A stretch of 64,000 nucleotides of DNA from assembly GCA_051294375.1 (NCBI GenBank), contig CM119270.1, positions 11,662,416 to 11,726,415 on the forward strand, in the 5' to 3' direction. The position numbers and the translations under genes were made by a program. Of this stretch, positions 1-14,575 are shown one piece after another. The number at the start of each line of letters is the position of its first letter. Positions within the stretch are counted from its first letter, which is position 1. The DNA is from Paraspadella gotoi. Lineage: Eukaryota; Animalia; Chaetognatha. The notes beneath the pieces are model-generated. The model had not been told where the DNA came from and ran no database searches. It saw nothing but the letters and a program-made list of their open reading frames with translations.

Positions 1-34
<34 letters not shown>

Positions 35-590
35 AGTAATTCTCTTTTTAAAAAATGAAAAAATGCAAGATGAGTTCAACTTGGATATGTGGAGGACTTT
101 AAGCGACTGAGGTTGAAAATATTTAAAAGTTCTAAAATATTTATGAAAAATGAAAAAAATTTACCGTTTTTGTTTGCTAATTTTTTTTACTAATTTTTTT
201 CTTGTTTTCACATAATTTCAATACATTTTAAAAAAAGTATTGAAAGGAGGAAAAAGGAAAAGAAAAGAGTGAAAAGAAAAGCATTCGTGTTACAAAGTAA
301 TTTCTTTTAACTTGTGGCGTTTGTTAATTTAATTTTAGGCGGGATTTTTTTTTAAGTTTTTTCACTGTTTAAAAATGGTACTAGAAAAAAAAAAGAGAGC
401 GAGAAAGAAACTTACGGAGAGGAAAAAGGGGAGAGAGTATGCGAGAGAATGAGAGAGTGGGAGAGAAAAGTAAGAGTGAGTGAGAGAAGGGAACGCGAGA
501 AAAAAGAATCATAAAAAAACTTGCCACAACAAAGTTAAAACATAACTTATCCTCGCGATAAATCAGCTTGAGAGCGAAAGAGCGATGGAG

Positions 591-653
<63 letters not shown>

Positions 654-997
654 AAGAGTCACGAGTAATGCATCAGTTTTATGGTTCTCACTATTGAATG
701 AACATGCGCGTTGTTGTAGTAGAAGGTCGTAGACCCAAATAGAAGTTAAATTTTAAAAGAAAAAACAGAATTTGCTTTTTCTAAGCCTTTTCCTTTTCTT
801 TAATTTTTACTACTCGTAATTTTATACTTGGTTTATTCTTTGAACCCTTCTGTTTTATTAAAACTTTGCTTTTATTCTTTCGCTTCTTCAAAGTCATTAA
901 AAAAATTATTTCATCTTTATTCCCCAATCAGATCCACTTGCCTTTTTTATTTTTAAGACTACATTCTTTTACTTTGTTTATTCCATACTTTCCTTAG

Positions 998-1054
<57 letters not shown>

Positions 1055-1901
1055 ATTCTCTTCTCTTATTTCTAGCCATTCATTTTCCTTTTTTCATTCA
1101 AACTTCTCTATTTAATTCTTTTTTCTCTTCTCCCTTCATTCTCTTCTCTTCTTTCTTTCCATTCATCTTCCTTTCTTAATATTTACTTCTCTATTTAATC
1201 CTTCTCTCTTTCTCTCTTCATTCCTTCTCCATTTGTTTCTCTCACATCCTTCTTTTCCTTTCTCTCGACGACTTTGGCATCAATGATGCAAAGTAAGCGC
1301 CCTGTCGTCCTGCGAGAGACCACTTTTTTTTTTCTTTCCTGGAGGGGAATTAGCGCGGGCGAAATCAAAGGAGCGAGAAGAGCGCCGGCGCCAAGAGGGG
1401 GGGGAAGAAGGGACACCGGCCGGCCGCCGCTTTCCGTCGAAGCTGCTGCTGCTGCGGCGGAGGTCGGATTGCGTCGAAACGCCGCCGCATTAATCACTTT
1501 CACGGCGTTTACATGTAATTAATGGCCAGAAGGAAACGGGTGGTTCCGAAGACGGCAAAGAGGAGGCGAGTAGGAAGGGTGAGGACTGAGGAGGGTTGGG
1601 TAGGGTAAGGCGAGGTGGGTAATCGATGTGAACCGACGGACACCGGAAGCGAGTTTGTCTCTTTTGAGAGCTCAGCCTGATTTCTCTCTTTCTCCCTTCT
1701 CTCTTCTCTTCTCCCTCTCACACATACACGAAGCTCGAGTTAAAACAAGAACCGGTGGCGCGTAGAAAATCAACCGTTTGCATCTTTAATTCGTAATGAG
1801 GAAGATGAATGGCGCTGTTTCTATTCGCGGCCGTTTGCGGATCGAAGGCGAATCTCGAGAGCGCCAAAGGGGATCGAGGGACCGGTGGAAAAAAAGAGGG
1901 A

Positions 1902-1987
<86 letters not shown>

Positions 1988-3009
1988 AGACAGACAGACA
2001 GACGGACAGAAAGGCATAAACGGAGGGAGAAATAAAGTAATAAAAAATAAGGGTTTAAAAAAAGAACTAGGGCAAATAAGTGATAAGAATAGGAGAAAGA
2101 GACCTTTGGGAATCGCTCGATTTCCGAGGAGAATAACTCAGAGATAAACGGGCGTTGGTGACAGAAAATACGGGCAATCAAGGTGACTGAAAGGAGAGAG
2201 AAGGGAAAGAAAGGCGGCTGGAAGGAGAGGAGGAATCAGAAGGGAACGGAAGGAGAGTAGGAGAGAGAAGGGAACGGAAGGAGAGGAGAAATAAAAAGAA
2301 AAGAGACTGGAAGGACGCAATGAAAAAGACTGGAAGCGAAAAAGAAATTAAATTAAAATAAAAATGTGATATGTAGCTAGCTGAAATAAAATATTAAAAA
2401 ATTTCACTTAATCTCCTACAAAAATTAAGAAAAAAATTGTTCGACTAAAACTAATAGTAAACAAGGAACAAATATATCAAAAAGTAGTACTGTGACTTAG
2501 AGCAAATTATGATGACAGGGTTAAGGATGAAAGTTAAACCATTCGACATTAAATTAACCTCGACTAAATCTGAAAAAAAAATATCAATGAAGAAGGAAGG
2601 AACATGAAATTGACCACTTTTTGGCCCGGCGGACCCAAAAGCCTCGGCGACGTCCCCTCGAGGGAATTCGAAGGGAACATGAAAAATAGTACTACGACGT
2701 CCGGGGGAATATTTTTCAAGCCGTTCCTCCTCGTGACAAAAGACAAATAAAAAACTAATCCGGAACAAACAAAGAAAAGCCCGGGGAAAAATGGCTCGAC
2801 AAATAAAACACTCAGTCTCAGAAAGAAAACAGAAAGAAGTAGGAAAAGAAAAGAGAGGGAAAAAGATGGGGGGGCGAGAGGGAGAAAAAAATTATGGGGT
2901 GAAACTGAAAGAAAAGTTGAGACGCGACGAACACAAGTAGATGACGCAGGATTTCAACGCAAATGGATGATGGACCTCAACGGAGAAGAAATTAACGGCC
3001 AGATGGAAG

Positions 3010-3123
<114 letters not shown>

Positions 3124-4422
3124 TTTTAAAGCGTTGTTAATAATCTTCTACGCTTCTCTTTTCACAGTTTCATCGTTTCCAATTTCTTTCTATCGATCCT
3201 CACCAAGATGTCCTAACCTCGAAACGACTTACCTCTCCACGCAAAGCTCGCGTTAGTTACCCTATCTGTCTTTGCGTTCCCCCCTTTCGATGCTAACTCA
3301 CTTATGTCGCCCGTCGCTCCATCGTTTTTCTATTTTCCTTACCCGTGAATTTTCTCCCTTTTTCCTCTTTCCAACTTTCCCCTTTCGTCAGCCCTTACCT
3401 TCGATTGAGCCAGTTGCTTACTCAGTGACTTCCGTCGGTCGCCCCAATTCGAGTTTTCTTTGTTTAACCCTAAGAAATATATTCACTTTTTCTATTTTTC
3501 CTTCCATCCATCGCCGAGATGACCCTTTCTATATCCACTCTTCTTTTCAATCTCCTCTCCAACTCTCCCTGACGCCATAACCCTCCTCTCCTCCCCGCCC
3601 CACGCCGCCCCATAGCATCTCCAAGTCCAAACCTCAACTCCCACTTCATTTGCCATTTCGTTTCAATTAACCATTTCAATTACGCATTTTGCGACTCAGC
3701 TTCACCGCTGATTACCCTTCACCTCTCCTCTTTCCAATTCCACCTCATTTAGCTTCTTTGGCTTTTCTCTTCTCGAAACTTTCCCAGATCCCGCATCCAC
3801 ACTTACCCTATCACATAATCCGCTTCCCTGCCCCTTTCCCCCCTCACCTCGGACGAGGGAGGCAATGAGCGTGGGTATTAAAGGGAACGAGGCCAGCGGC
3901 GCTTTTTCTATGGCGCCTTCGATGGGATTTATCGATGGCGATAAAGCGGCGGCGACGACGAAAGCCGAGGTGGCCCCTTAAGAGCCTGAGAGGCCCGACA
4001 GGCTCTTTTGAGAGGCAGCGAGGTCCTGAAGGCCCCTTAGAGCTGGAGAGGCCCGAGATGCCAATGAATAGGTAGAGTTTTGTGGGCCTTTCAGTTATAT
4101 ATATAGCAGGTCCGTGTAAAGGTTCATATATACTATTAGAAAAAAGCTTTAAGGGCCATTCCTCCTTCTGGACCAGCAAAAGAGGTCAGACCACCACTTG
4201 TTACCTACAACTCCCCAGGATTACCAGTACTCAATCCCACCAGGCACTTCACATTTCCACACTTCACTTCATTCATCATCTCCGATCACCCCAAACTTCA
4301 CCCCAAAACTTTCAGCAGCACCACTCCCGATTTCTGTCGGTTTTCGGTTCCGCCACCCCCGTGCAACCTTTATACTCGGTCTTTTGATATTTATTTAAAA
4401 TATCCGTTACTTAAAAGTCTCG

Positions 4423-4460
<38 letters not shown>

Positions 4461-4485
4461 NNNNNNNNNNNNNNNNNNNNNNNNN

Positions 4486-7400
4486 ATACCAGTTACACCT
4501 GACTTCCTGTCAAATGTACGGTATTTTGATCCCTGAGTCGTAACTTGAAAATGATTTACCCATATCTGTGTTGTTTGATCGATCTCGTGTGTTCTCGAAT
4601 TTCGAACTTCGAAAGATCTCAAGGTTGGAAAATTCGGTGGTTTTCGCCCCCTTTCAGGTGGATGGTGCGTTTTGTTTGGGGTCACCCGTCGATTTGTTTG
4701 GGCAAGGGGGCAGAAGGGTGGAGAGGTCGAGAGTGGGCGAGAGAAACGGGAGAAAGGGTTAGGGGGGGGGAAAGAGAAACAGAAAATTAAGGAGGAAGAA
4801 AGAAGGTTGGAGGAAATGGAAATAGTGTGTCTCGGGAACGGTAAGGTTTAGAAGGCTGACATCGACGACGACGACGACGACACGACGACGACGGACGACG
4901 GCGACGACGACGGCGAGCGAAAGCGACGCCGCGGCGACGGCGAATGTGACGGGAGCAAAAGGGCAGGGGAGACCGCGAGCCAAACGCGTCCGAGACGTCG
5001 ACGGCTCCCTCGAGACTCGACAGATGTTGGCGGCGGTTTCGGCGCCATGGCGGCGTGGCGGCTGCGACGGATGCTGCGGCGTGGCGACTGCGGCGGATCC
5101 TGTGGCTGCGGCGGCGATAGCGCCGTGAGCCGCGGGGAAGAAAATAGTTCAAAAAGTGGTAGGGAGACGAAGATTTTGTAAAAATGTGGATTCTGTTTTG
5201 GTTGGTGTCGGAATTACAAACTTTGTTCATGAGTTAAATAAAAGTAAAAACTTAGTATGTCAAGACGTTGAACGAGAAAAGAGTTTTAAGGAGAAGTTGA
5301 GACACATTACATTATCCCTTTGAAAAAGGGAGAAAAAAACACCGAATTCTTTCATTTGTCTAAGCCGTGGAAAATGGTAAAAACAAAGGGAAAGATGAAT
5401 GACAGAATAAAAGAAAAGACTCTGATGGAAGACAAATTGGATCAACACTCTCAGACGGAATAATTCTGATAAGATCGGATACGAGAAAATCTTTCCTAAA
5501 TACTCCTTACAGAATGAAAAGAAATTTATAAACCAATTTAAACTTATTCATTCATTCAATTAACAAGATGTCTATCCTCTGAGTTTAGTTTACAAGATAA
5601 AAAACAAAACAAGACCCTGCTAACTTTCATTCAAGAGTCTCTTACAGTCTAGTTTAATAACTGTCTTGGATATGAATGAATGTGTAATATAGTCCGAGGG
5701 AAAGAGAACATTTTTATTAACTTTCTAGTTTTTCTCTCAAAAAAATTCTTTTTTCTTTCTATTACTAAATCGATTCAATAGTAAAACTTTTTGAATTAGT
5801 TTCATTGGGTTGTTGCACTGAAGCTTTTAAATATTTATTTAATATATAACAAATGACAAAAATTTTTTTGTTAAAAATAGTTTAAAGGAACGGGATTTCC
5901 TTATAGAGACTTGAAAAAGGTTAAATGAAGTTAGTACTACAATGTTTAAAAATTTTTGACAAGAAATTGTTAAAAACAGAAAAACGTTAAAAAATCTCAT
6001 CATCATCATCATCGGCTGAATTTTATAGTTTTTTAAAATTTTTATCAATAAAACCAAAAAATTTAAAATTTTGTATTAATAACCATCTATCTAACTTTTA
6101 AAGCTCTATCAGAATCCATTTAAAAAAAAAATTGAAAAATTCAAAAAAAATTTTTAACATTTATATAGTAATAAAATAATCTTTAAAATGCTTCCGTGCA
6201 CTTTATTAATAAGATAAATTTTTTTAAAATTATTTTTTTTTCATATTTCTCAACAGTCACTTTATCATATTTTATTTGAGAGAACTTCTAGTTTCAACCT
6301 GTTCCGGCCTAATGTGTAATATATCTTTTCCGAGATAGAAACATTTTCTTATTAAGACCCATAATCATTTAGTTTCTTATATAAAATAACAGAACTACTA
6401 CATAGAGGAATCAACCTTCTCAGACGGGCATCTCTGATTGAATGATCATTCTGTCATCAATCACCCTTCAATCCTCGAGAACGAATTGGATCACCCTTCA
6501 GAGAATCACTCTTTCTCCGAGCCTACGAAGGCGCCTTTCCACGTGGGGAGGCAGGTGTTCAGCACACCAGGGCGCTTTCTCGCCTCGGAATCGGAACCGC
6601 TTTTTACTGGAAATATGAAACGGGAACTGCATTTTATGAGATGCATCCTTCCTTTTTATGGACTTTTGATGATGATGCCATTAAAAACGAACGGGAGCCG
6701 TCCCCAAAGTCAACCGCACGGCCAAGATCCCCAACCTACCGTTTCCAAAACAATGTCATATTATGCAAAAAAGAACAGTTGCTACTTTAATATACAAATA
6801 TATGTAAATTTGTGAAAATAATTCAACACCTTTAGACAAAAACACTATCATCAAAACACAAACATGAACTATTCGAGACTGCAGACACTCACCGCTTGCG
6901 ATGCAGTCATGTAAAGACAGCTTTGAGGAAAAAAGTCTTTAAGACGTTGAGAAAGAAAAAATCGCAACATCTAGGAGAGAGAGAGAAAGAGAAAGAAGAG
7001 AGAGAGAGAGAGACTCTCTCTCTCTCAGATGTGCGATTTTTTCTTTCTCAACGTCTTAAGACTTTTCCTCAAAGCTTCTTTACTGACTGCATCGCAACGG
7101 TGAGTGTCTGCATCTCGATAGTCCATTTGTTTTATGATAATTTTTCAAAAGTTAAATTATTTTCACAAATTTACATATATTTGTATATTAAAGTAGCAAC
7201 TGTTCTTTTTGTAAAACATTTTCTTGGGAACTCTGGCCGTTGACTATTGGGACGGCTCCCGTTCGTTTTTAATGGCATCATCATCAAAGTCATAAAAAGA
7301 AGGAATGCATCTCATTAAAATGCAGTTCCGATTTCCCTATTTCCAGTAAAGCGTTCCGAGTTCCGAGGGCGAGAAAGCGCCCTGGTGCTGAACACCTGCC

Positions 7401-8374
7401 TCCCCACGTGGAAAGGCGCCTTCGTAGCTCGGAGAAGAGTGATTCTCTGAAGGGTGATCCAATTCGTCTCGAGGATTGAAGGGTGATTGATGACAGAATG
7501 ATCATTCAATCAGAGATGCCCCGTCTGAGAAGGTTGATCCTCTATGTAGTCTGTTATTTTTAAAGAAACTAAATGATTATGGGTCTATAAGAATGTTCTC
7601 TATCTCGGAAAGATATATTACATATATCACTTCATATCCGAGACAGTTATTAAACTAGACTGTAAGAGTCTCTTGAATGAAAGTTAGCAGGGTCTTGTTT
7701 TGTTTTTATCTTGTAAACTAAACTCAGAGGATAGACATCTTGTTAATTGAATGAACGAATAAGTTTTAAATTGGTTTTATAAATTTCTTATTCATTCTGT
7801 AAGGAGTATTTAGGAAAGATTTTCCGTATCCGATCTTATCAGAATTATTCCGTCTGAGAGTGTTGATCCAATTTGTCTTCCATCAGAGTCTTTTCTTTTA
7901 TTCTGTCATTCATCTTTCCCTTTGTTTTTACCATTTTCCACGGCTTAAGACAAAATGAAAGAATTCGGGTTTTTTTCTCCCTTTTTCAAAGGGATAATGT
8001 AATGTGTCTCAACTTCTCCTTAAAACTCTTTTCTCCTTCAACGTCTTGACATACTAAGTTTTTACTTTTATTTAACTCATGACAAAGTTTGTAATTCCGA
8101 CACCAACCAAAACAGAATCCACATTTTTACAAAATCTCTGTCTCCCTACCACTTTTTGAACTATTTCTTCCCCGCAGCCACAGGATCCGCCGCAGTCGCC
8201 ACGCCGCAGCATCCGTCGCAGCCGCCACGCCGCCACGGCGCCGAAACCGCCGCCAACATCTGTCGAGTCTCGAGGGAGCCGTCGACGTCTCGGACGCCGT
8301 TTGGCTCGCGGTCTCCCCCTGCCCTTTCGCTCCCGTCACATTCGCCGTCGCCGCGGCGTCGCTTTCGTCGCCGT

Positions 8375-8407
<33 letters not shown>

Positions 8408-8808
8408 TGTAGTCGTCATCGTTGTCGTCGATGTCACCTTCTAAACCTTACCTTTCACCGAGACACACTATTTCCATTTCCTCTCCAACCTTCTTTCTTC
8501 TCCCCTTAATTTTCTGTTTCTCTTCCCCCCCCCTAACCCTTTCTCCCGTTTTCCTCTCGCCCACTCTCGACCTCTCCCACTTCTTCTGCCCCCTTGCCCA
8601 AACAAATCGACGGGTGACCCCAAACAAAACCACCATCCACTTGAAAGGGGGCGAAAACCACCGAATTTCCAACCTTGAGAATCTTTCGAAGTTCGAATTC
8701 GAACACACGAGATCATCAACAACACAGATATGGGTAAATCATTTTCAAGTTACGACTCAGGGATCAAAAATACACGTCATTGACAGGGAAGTCAGGTGTA
8801 ACTGGTAC
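4486..8808. repeat. Large inverted duplication centred on a (GA)n/(TC)n switch at ~7012
   Basis: taccagttacacctgacttcc at ~4487 mirrors ggaagtcaggtgtaactggta at ~8787. Mirrored ORFs appear in the track (6438+ and 7509-, 4946+ and 8339-). The centre reads gagagagagactctctctc. Confidence 0.95.
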
Positions 8809-9005
8809 TCTGGTAGTGAATAAACTAGACTGCGAGAGAGTCTTGATTGAAAGCTTACAGGGTCCCGCTATCTTATTATCTCGGGATAAAGGTCAGAACT
8901 TACCATAGCATTTCAAAAGTCTAGGGTAGGAATGCTAATTTAGAGAGATAATTATTTTTAAATTATAAATGGTAAATTTTAAATTGATGATTGTACCAAT
9001 TTCAT
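8785..9005 (+). mobile_element. Dispersed repeat family member, diverged
   Basis: Shares gagtcttgattgaaagctt.caggg and ttgtaccaatttcata with the copy at 40272-40470. Confidence 0.5.
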
Positions 9006-9904
9006 AGTATGTATATAATCAAATTCGTATTTTACGTGTATAGCAGACAACGTACATTGAATTTTAGATATTACATTTCTGTCAAATTAAACACGTCTCA
9101 CCTTAAGCGAGTTCCTTCCTCGCCCATTTTCCGCCCACTCACCCTCACCCACCCATAAAACCTCACCCGGCTGCCTCCCTTCCCTCTTCCCCCCACAACT
9201 TTCCCGGCGTCTTAATGGAGAAAGCATAAAGGCATAGAAAACAGTGACAACCCCTTGAATTCTTTGCACGACCTTGTTCGACGCGTGACTGGGACGATTT
9301 TTCAATCTCCGCGGCGGACGCGAGGATACGGGCACCTCCCCGATATTTTTTTTTTTTAATCTTTTTTATTTTAGATAATATGAAAAAATTAATTGGAAAA
9401 GAGGCTGAAATATAAGCAATTATGTCATCAGAGAGGCTAAGTTATTTTCGAAATTGGATATCATCAAAATGAAAGCCCCTGTTCCTGTATTTTTGAAGTG
9501 TCTTAACTGTTCAAATATTACGACTCGTCAAGTAACATGCAAATTCAAAAGAATAAACTAGGATAGAACAAGCGAATAACGTTACATATCGCTTCTTTCA
9601 GATTTATATCAGTGTAACGCTTACAATAAGGGTACCGCTCGTTTTTCTTCAGCGAGATCCCCCCGCGCTTTGTTTCTTTTTCCCACTTTCACCGCTTTAG
9701 TTGTCTTCGTTGCCTTTGTTTCGACGTTTATCCTCTGTGACCAAGTTACCCCTGGAGCTCGAGGCCAGCCACCTGCTTTCGAAATAGTCGCTTGCCAAAG
9801 GAAACGATTTTTTCTCCCCGAGTTTGTTCTTGGTGAAAGTTTGGACTCTGAAGAAAAGCTTTCCTTTTATCTCCTCTCCTCTTTCTTTCGACCTTCTACT
9901 CTCT

Positions 9905-9978
9905 GTTTCTTTCTTCTTTCTTTCTTCTTTCTTTCTTTCTTTCTTTCTTTCTCTTTCTTCTTTCTTTCTTTTCTTTCT

Positions 9979-10026
<48 letters not shown>

Positions 10027-10096
10027 TTCTTTTTCTCTGTTTTCCGCTCTCCTTCTCTCCTCTCTCCTTTCCCTCCTCTCTCTCTCGCTTCCCCCC

Positions 10097-10189
<93 letters not shown>

Positions 10190-10192
10190 CTT
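9905..10192 (+). repeat. (TTTC)n plus (TC)n compound polypyrimidine tract
   Basis: Directly visible. Confidence 0.95.
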
Positions 10193-10771
10193 CCTCACCT
10201 CTTTCTCACTCTCTACTTAACATTTATCCGTTTAAAAAACATGGAGAAAGTTCGCGCTCGCGAAAAAAAAGAAGAAAAACCAAACAAAAAAAAATATAAG
10301 AAAATAAAGGAAGAAGAGAGAGAAAAGATAGTTTGGCGCATTTTTGGTTTGCGTCGCGAAGGTCGAGAGACGCTGAACGGGGAGTGAAAAACAAACAAGC
10401 GAAAAACCCCGAGAGGGTAAAACCTTGACTCGTCTCGTCTCTCGCCCCCCCCTCCTCCCTCCCACCTTTTACTCCCTCGCGTCCTTTGTCACGTCGTCGC
10501 CATCTTTGACTTGAGCCTTTTCCTCTAATTCGTCACGTCGGTCTTCCTCGTTCACAGTCACGTCTCGCTCGTTCATTGTCATCATCGCGTCACTTTCAAA
10601 CTCTCGTTCGCCTTCGTCACGATGAAGCAATAGGTTTGTGCTTGAGTTTTCAAGTTGCTAAATCGTTGATACTTTATTGCACAGACGTGGAATTGAAATT
10701 GGAATTTTTTTAAAATTTAATGATTATTAGTTTGTCAATAAACTCATAAACTCAACGAAAAGAAAGTTTAT

Positions 10772-10890
10772 ATTATCTTGTAAGTGTGATGGAGGCCTTA
10801 AACCACCAAAGCCTGTCCAAAGTCAGGGACAAGATAGCTTATTTATTAAATGAATGGATAATTTTTATATTGGTTGTACCAATTTCATAC
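10772..10890 (+). mobile_element. Dispersed repeat family member, partial
   Basis: Reverse-complement match to 40272-40385. It ends in the ATTGGTTGTACCAAT palindrome. Confidence 0.6.
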
Positions 10891-10907
10891 AATGAAAGAT
10901 CACAACT

Positions 10908-10913
10908 TTATGT

Positions 10914-10988
<75 letters not shown>

Positions 10989-11022
10989 TTTGTTTATTTA
11001 TTTATTTATTTATTTCTTGTTT

Positions 11023-11057
<35 letters not shown>

Positions 11058-11075
11058 TTGTTTTTATTTACCTAT
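10908..11075 (+). repeat. (TTTA)n microsatellite
   Basis: Directly visible. Confidence 0.95.
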
Positions 11076-11633
11076 TTACTTAATAAGTATTTAACTTTTT
11101 TATCACGTTTTCTTTACATAATTTTCATTACACTTTGAAATCCTTTAAATGTCTCTCCATTATCTTTAATTCTCATCTATCCCTTTTTCGCACTTCTTTT
11201 CGCGTCTCTCATCTTCATTTTCCCAACATTCACGATTCTCTTTCATTGCCATTATCTTGATTGTCCAATCTTAAATGACCCTCTTTGTCCTCTTTGTCTC
11301 CGCTTTTTCTTATTCGTTTTGTCCATCATCTCGATGGTTCATTCTTTTCTCGCGCTCTTTTTGCCCTTCATTTTCTATTCTTCTGGCTCCGCTAGATATA
11401 TATTGTTCAATGATCAATGTTCATCATTGGTTAACCCTTTCCCTACTGTTCACTTTTCTTTGTCTCTTAATTTCCTCATTTCCTTGTCCATCTTCCAAAT
11501 CGCCCCACTCTTATGGATCTTCTTTAACCTTTTTTTTTTGTCTTCTTTGTCTCTCATACTTCTCTCTTTTTCCTCACAATCCTGCGCGTCAATCCTTTCA
11601 CGATTCACGTTTGACCTCTTCGCCTCGATCAGT

Positions 11634-12417
11634 NNNNNNNNNNNNNNNNNNNNNNNNNNNNNNNNNNNNNNNNNNNNNNNNNNNNNNNNNNNNNNNNNNN
11701 NNNNNNNNNNNNNNNNNNNNNNNNNNNNNNNNNNNNNNNNNNNNNNNNNNNNNNNNNNNNNNNNNNNNNNNNNNNNNNNNNNNNNNNNNNNNNNNNNNNN
11801 NNNNNNNNNNNNNNNNNNNNNNNNNNNNNNNNNNNNNNNNNNNNNNNNNNNNNNNNNNNNNNNNNNNNNNNNNNNNNNNNNNNNNNNNNNNNNNNNNNNN
11901 NNNNNNNNNNNNNNNNNNNNNNNNNNNNNNNNNNNNNNNNNNNNNNNNNNNNNNNNNNNNNNNNNNNNNNNNNNNNNNNNNNNNNNNNNNNNNNNNNNNN
12001 NNNNNNNNNNNNNNNNNNNNNNNNNNNNNNNNNNNNNNNNNNNNNNNNNNNNNNNNNNNNNNNNNNNNNNNNNNNNNNNNNNNNNNNNNNNNNNNNNNNN
12101 NNNNNNNNNNNNNNNNNNNNNNNNNNNNNNNNNNNNNNNNNNNNNNNNNNNNNNNNNNNNNNNNNNNNNNNNNNNNNNNNNNNNNNNNNNNNNNNNNNNN
12201 NNNNNNNNNNNNNNNNNNNNNNNNNNNNNNNNNNNNNNNNNNNNNNNNNNNNNNNNNNNNNNNNNNNNNNNNNNNNNNNNNNNNNNNNNNNNNNNNNNNN
12301 NNNNNNNNNNNNNNNNNNNNNNNNNNNNNNNNNNNNNNNNNNNNNNNNNNNNNNNNNNNNNNNNNNNNNNNNNNNNNNNNNNNNNNNNNNNNNNNNNNNN
12401 NNNNNNNNNNNNNNNNN
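11634..12417. other. Assembly gap (others at 4461-4485, 15565-16366, 22886-23132, 23329-23884, 24014-24294, 24777-24786, 25530-25554, 34693-34717)
   Basis: Runs of N. Confidence 1.
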
Positions 12418-13762
12418 GCAGCCACGAGCCGCCTCGAGCCAAGGTCTCGAGGAAAAAAAAAGAAGCTTATAAGAGAAGTAAAAAAAGCTTTTTTCCCCAG
12501 ATTTTCTTTATTTTTATTTATTTCTTCTTTTTTTTCCCTTCTTGTTCGGATTTCTGTTTCGCCGATTCATTTTTTATGAGGTTGAGTGCATTAGATTTCG
12601 TCGGTTACTGATAGTTTCCATGGCAACTATCGTCTCGCGGGAGAGATTGATAAAAAACACGGAACTGCATTTGCGAGTCATAGACCATAGTGTATACTTT
12701 ATACAGTTTTTGAAAGCTTAATACATTCAGTATACTACAACAATTTTAATTAAGATATATTTAACAGAAACTATTTTTTGCCATTATAAAGAAATCGTTT
12801 TTGCTCTTAACCCAATCTTCAACTGCTACTTAACTTGATTATTGACAGGCCTTCGGCCCCTTGGCGACGACAACTACTCCATATTGGACGAGCAATTGCC
12901 CCGTTGATGCCCCATTGACGTTTTACGAGGCCACGACGGGACGACGGGCTTTTAGTTCGCGCGCGTTAAATGCCGTCTTGAGTGCGAGATTATCGCAGAT
13001 TTACATTTACAATTACATTTAATTAGCTCAGTGTTGAAAAGAAATTTCCTGATATAAGTTAATTAGCTATACTATACTAAGAAAAAATAAATAAGAAAGA
13101 AAGAGATCAATCTCTGTTCCCCCTTTTCCTCGCTCCGGCCCGGGCGGCCCCAAGGTTGCCCGCTCTGGGTGACTGACCGGATTTCTTTAATGTGGTCAAT
13201 TCGGGTCGAGGCTTAAATCCATGGAATTGGTAAGTGGCGATGACCTCGTTGAACACGAGAAAAATCGCCTAAAAAACATTCCACTTGGCTTGGTTAATGG
13301 ATGGCCAAAAACCAAATTCAAAGCGGAAGCGGAAAAGTAACTTTGTCCTTTATATAAACTGTTGCTTGAGAGTCATCGTCCTTGCGAAATGAGTTTGTAA
13401 TATTATTGAGAAAAAAAATTGACATTATTTTATGAGGATAACACAACGTTGCTTAACCATACTTCATTTTCCTCATGGAAGAGAAATGACATAACAATAA
13501 TATAAATTACCATTATCATTAATTAAGATTTCTTTGGTTTTGTGATGGCGTGAAAATTACCAATATAACTACAGCGAGCTGTCTCAAAATAATGGGCTGA
13601 TAATGCGCCTTGATGCTTCACTGGTGGGTGTTTTTGCCGCTTCTAAAATTCCGGGACTTTGTCTGTCATACAAACGTAATGTCCCTGGGTTGTAAAAGGG
13701 TCTCCTCTCCTCGTCTCTCGCTTCTCTCTCTCTCCTCTCCTCCGCTCTCGTCTCCTCGGTCT

Positions 13763-13800
<38 letters not shown>

Positions 13801-14035
13801 CCCCTCTCCATCCGTCTTTATCCCTTTTTATTCAAACCTCAAAAAACCCTCTCTATATATCTCTACCGATTCAAATTGCAAACTCCTCGACAAACAAACC
13901 GAAAACGACGAAAGCGACGACGACGACAAAGACGACGTAGTAAACGACGACGTAAACGAGGTTCTCGTATTCGTAAATGGTATAAATTTCTCCCCGTTTT
14001 AGGGTAAGCGTTTGCGGGATAAGGAAAACTACTAG

Positions 14036-14070
<35 letters not shown>

Positions 14071-14575
14071 ACATCTTTTTTTTAATTTTCTTTATATTTA
14101 TGACTTTCACCTTTCCGCCACAACCCAGAAAAAAAAAAATATTCGTCGTGAGACGCGGAATCGACGGGGCTTCGTCGTTATCGTCATCGTCGTCGTCGTT
14201 GTCGTCGCCCGTAAAATGCTTCCCTAGATAATCAAGATGAGCTCCGCCTCGGATTCGACAAGTCTTCCTCCGCCCCCCCCCCTTCGCTTCTCTACCCTTA
14301 AAGTTGTTGTCCTCTAACAATTCTCGTCTTTACATAAATCCCGAATTAGGAGTAAATATAAAAACAAAACAAAAAACAAACAAACAAAACAAAACATGCC
14401 ATAGGCTAAAATAACTCAGACAAAGGCGGCGCTTCGTCTTTAGGACGACGAAGGCGACGTTGAAATTTCTCCTTTACCGAACTGGCAGTAAAAATAGTTT
14501 AGTTTAAACTAATTGTGTAAATATGTCAAACTCTTAACTACATAATATACATAATTAGAATTTTTGAACTAGTAG

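Noticed and set aside
11258-11268. miR-219-like TGATTGTCCAA
   Set aside because: The match stops after 11 nt and I see no complementary star arm to form a hairpin.
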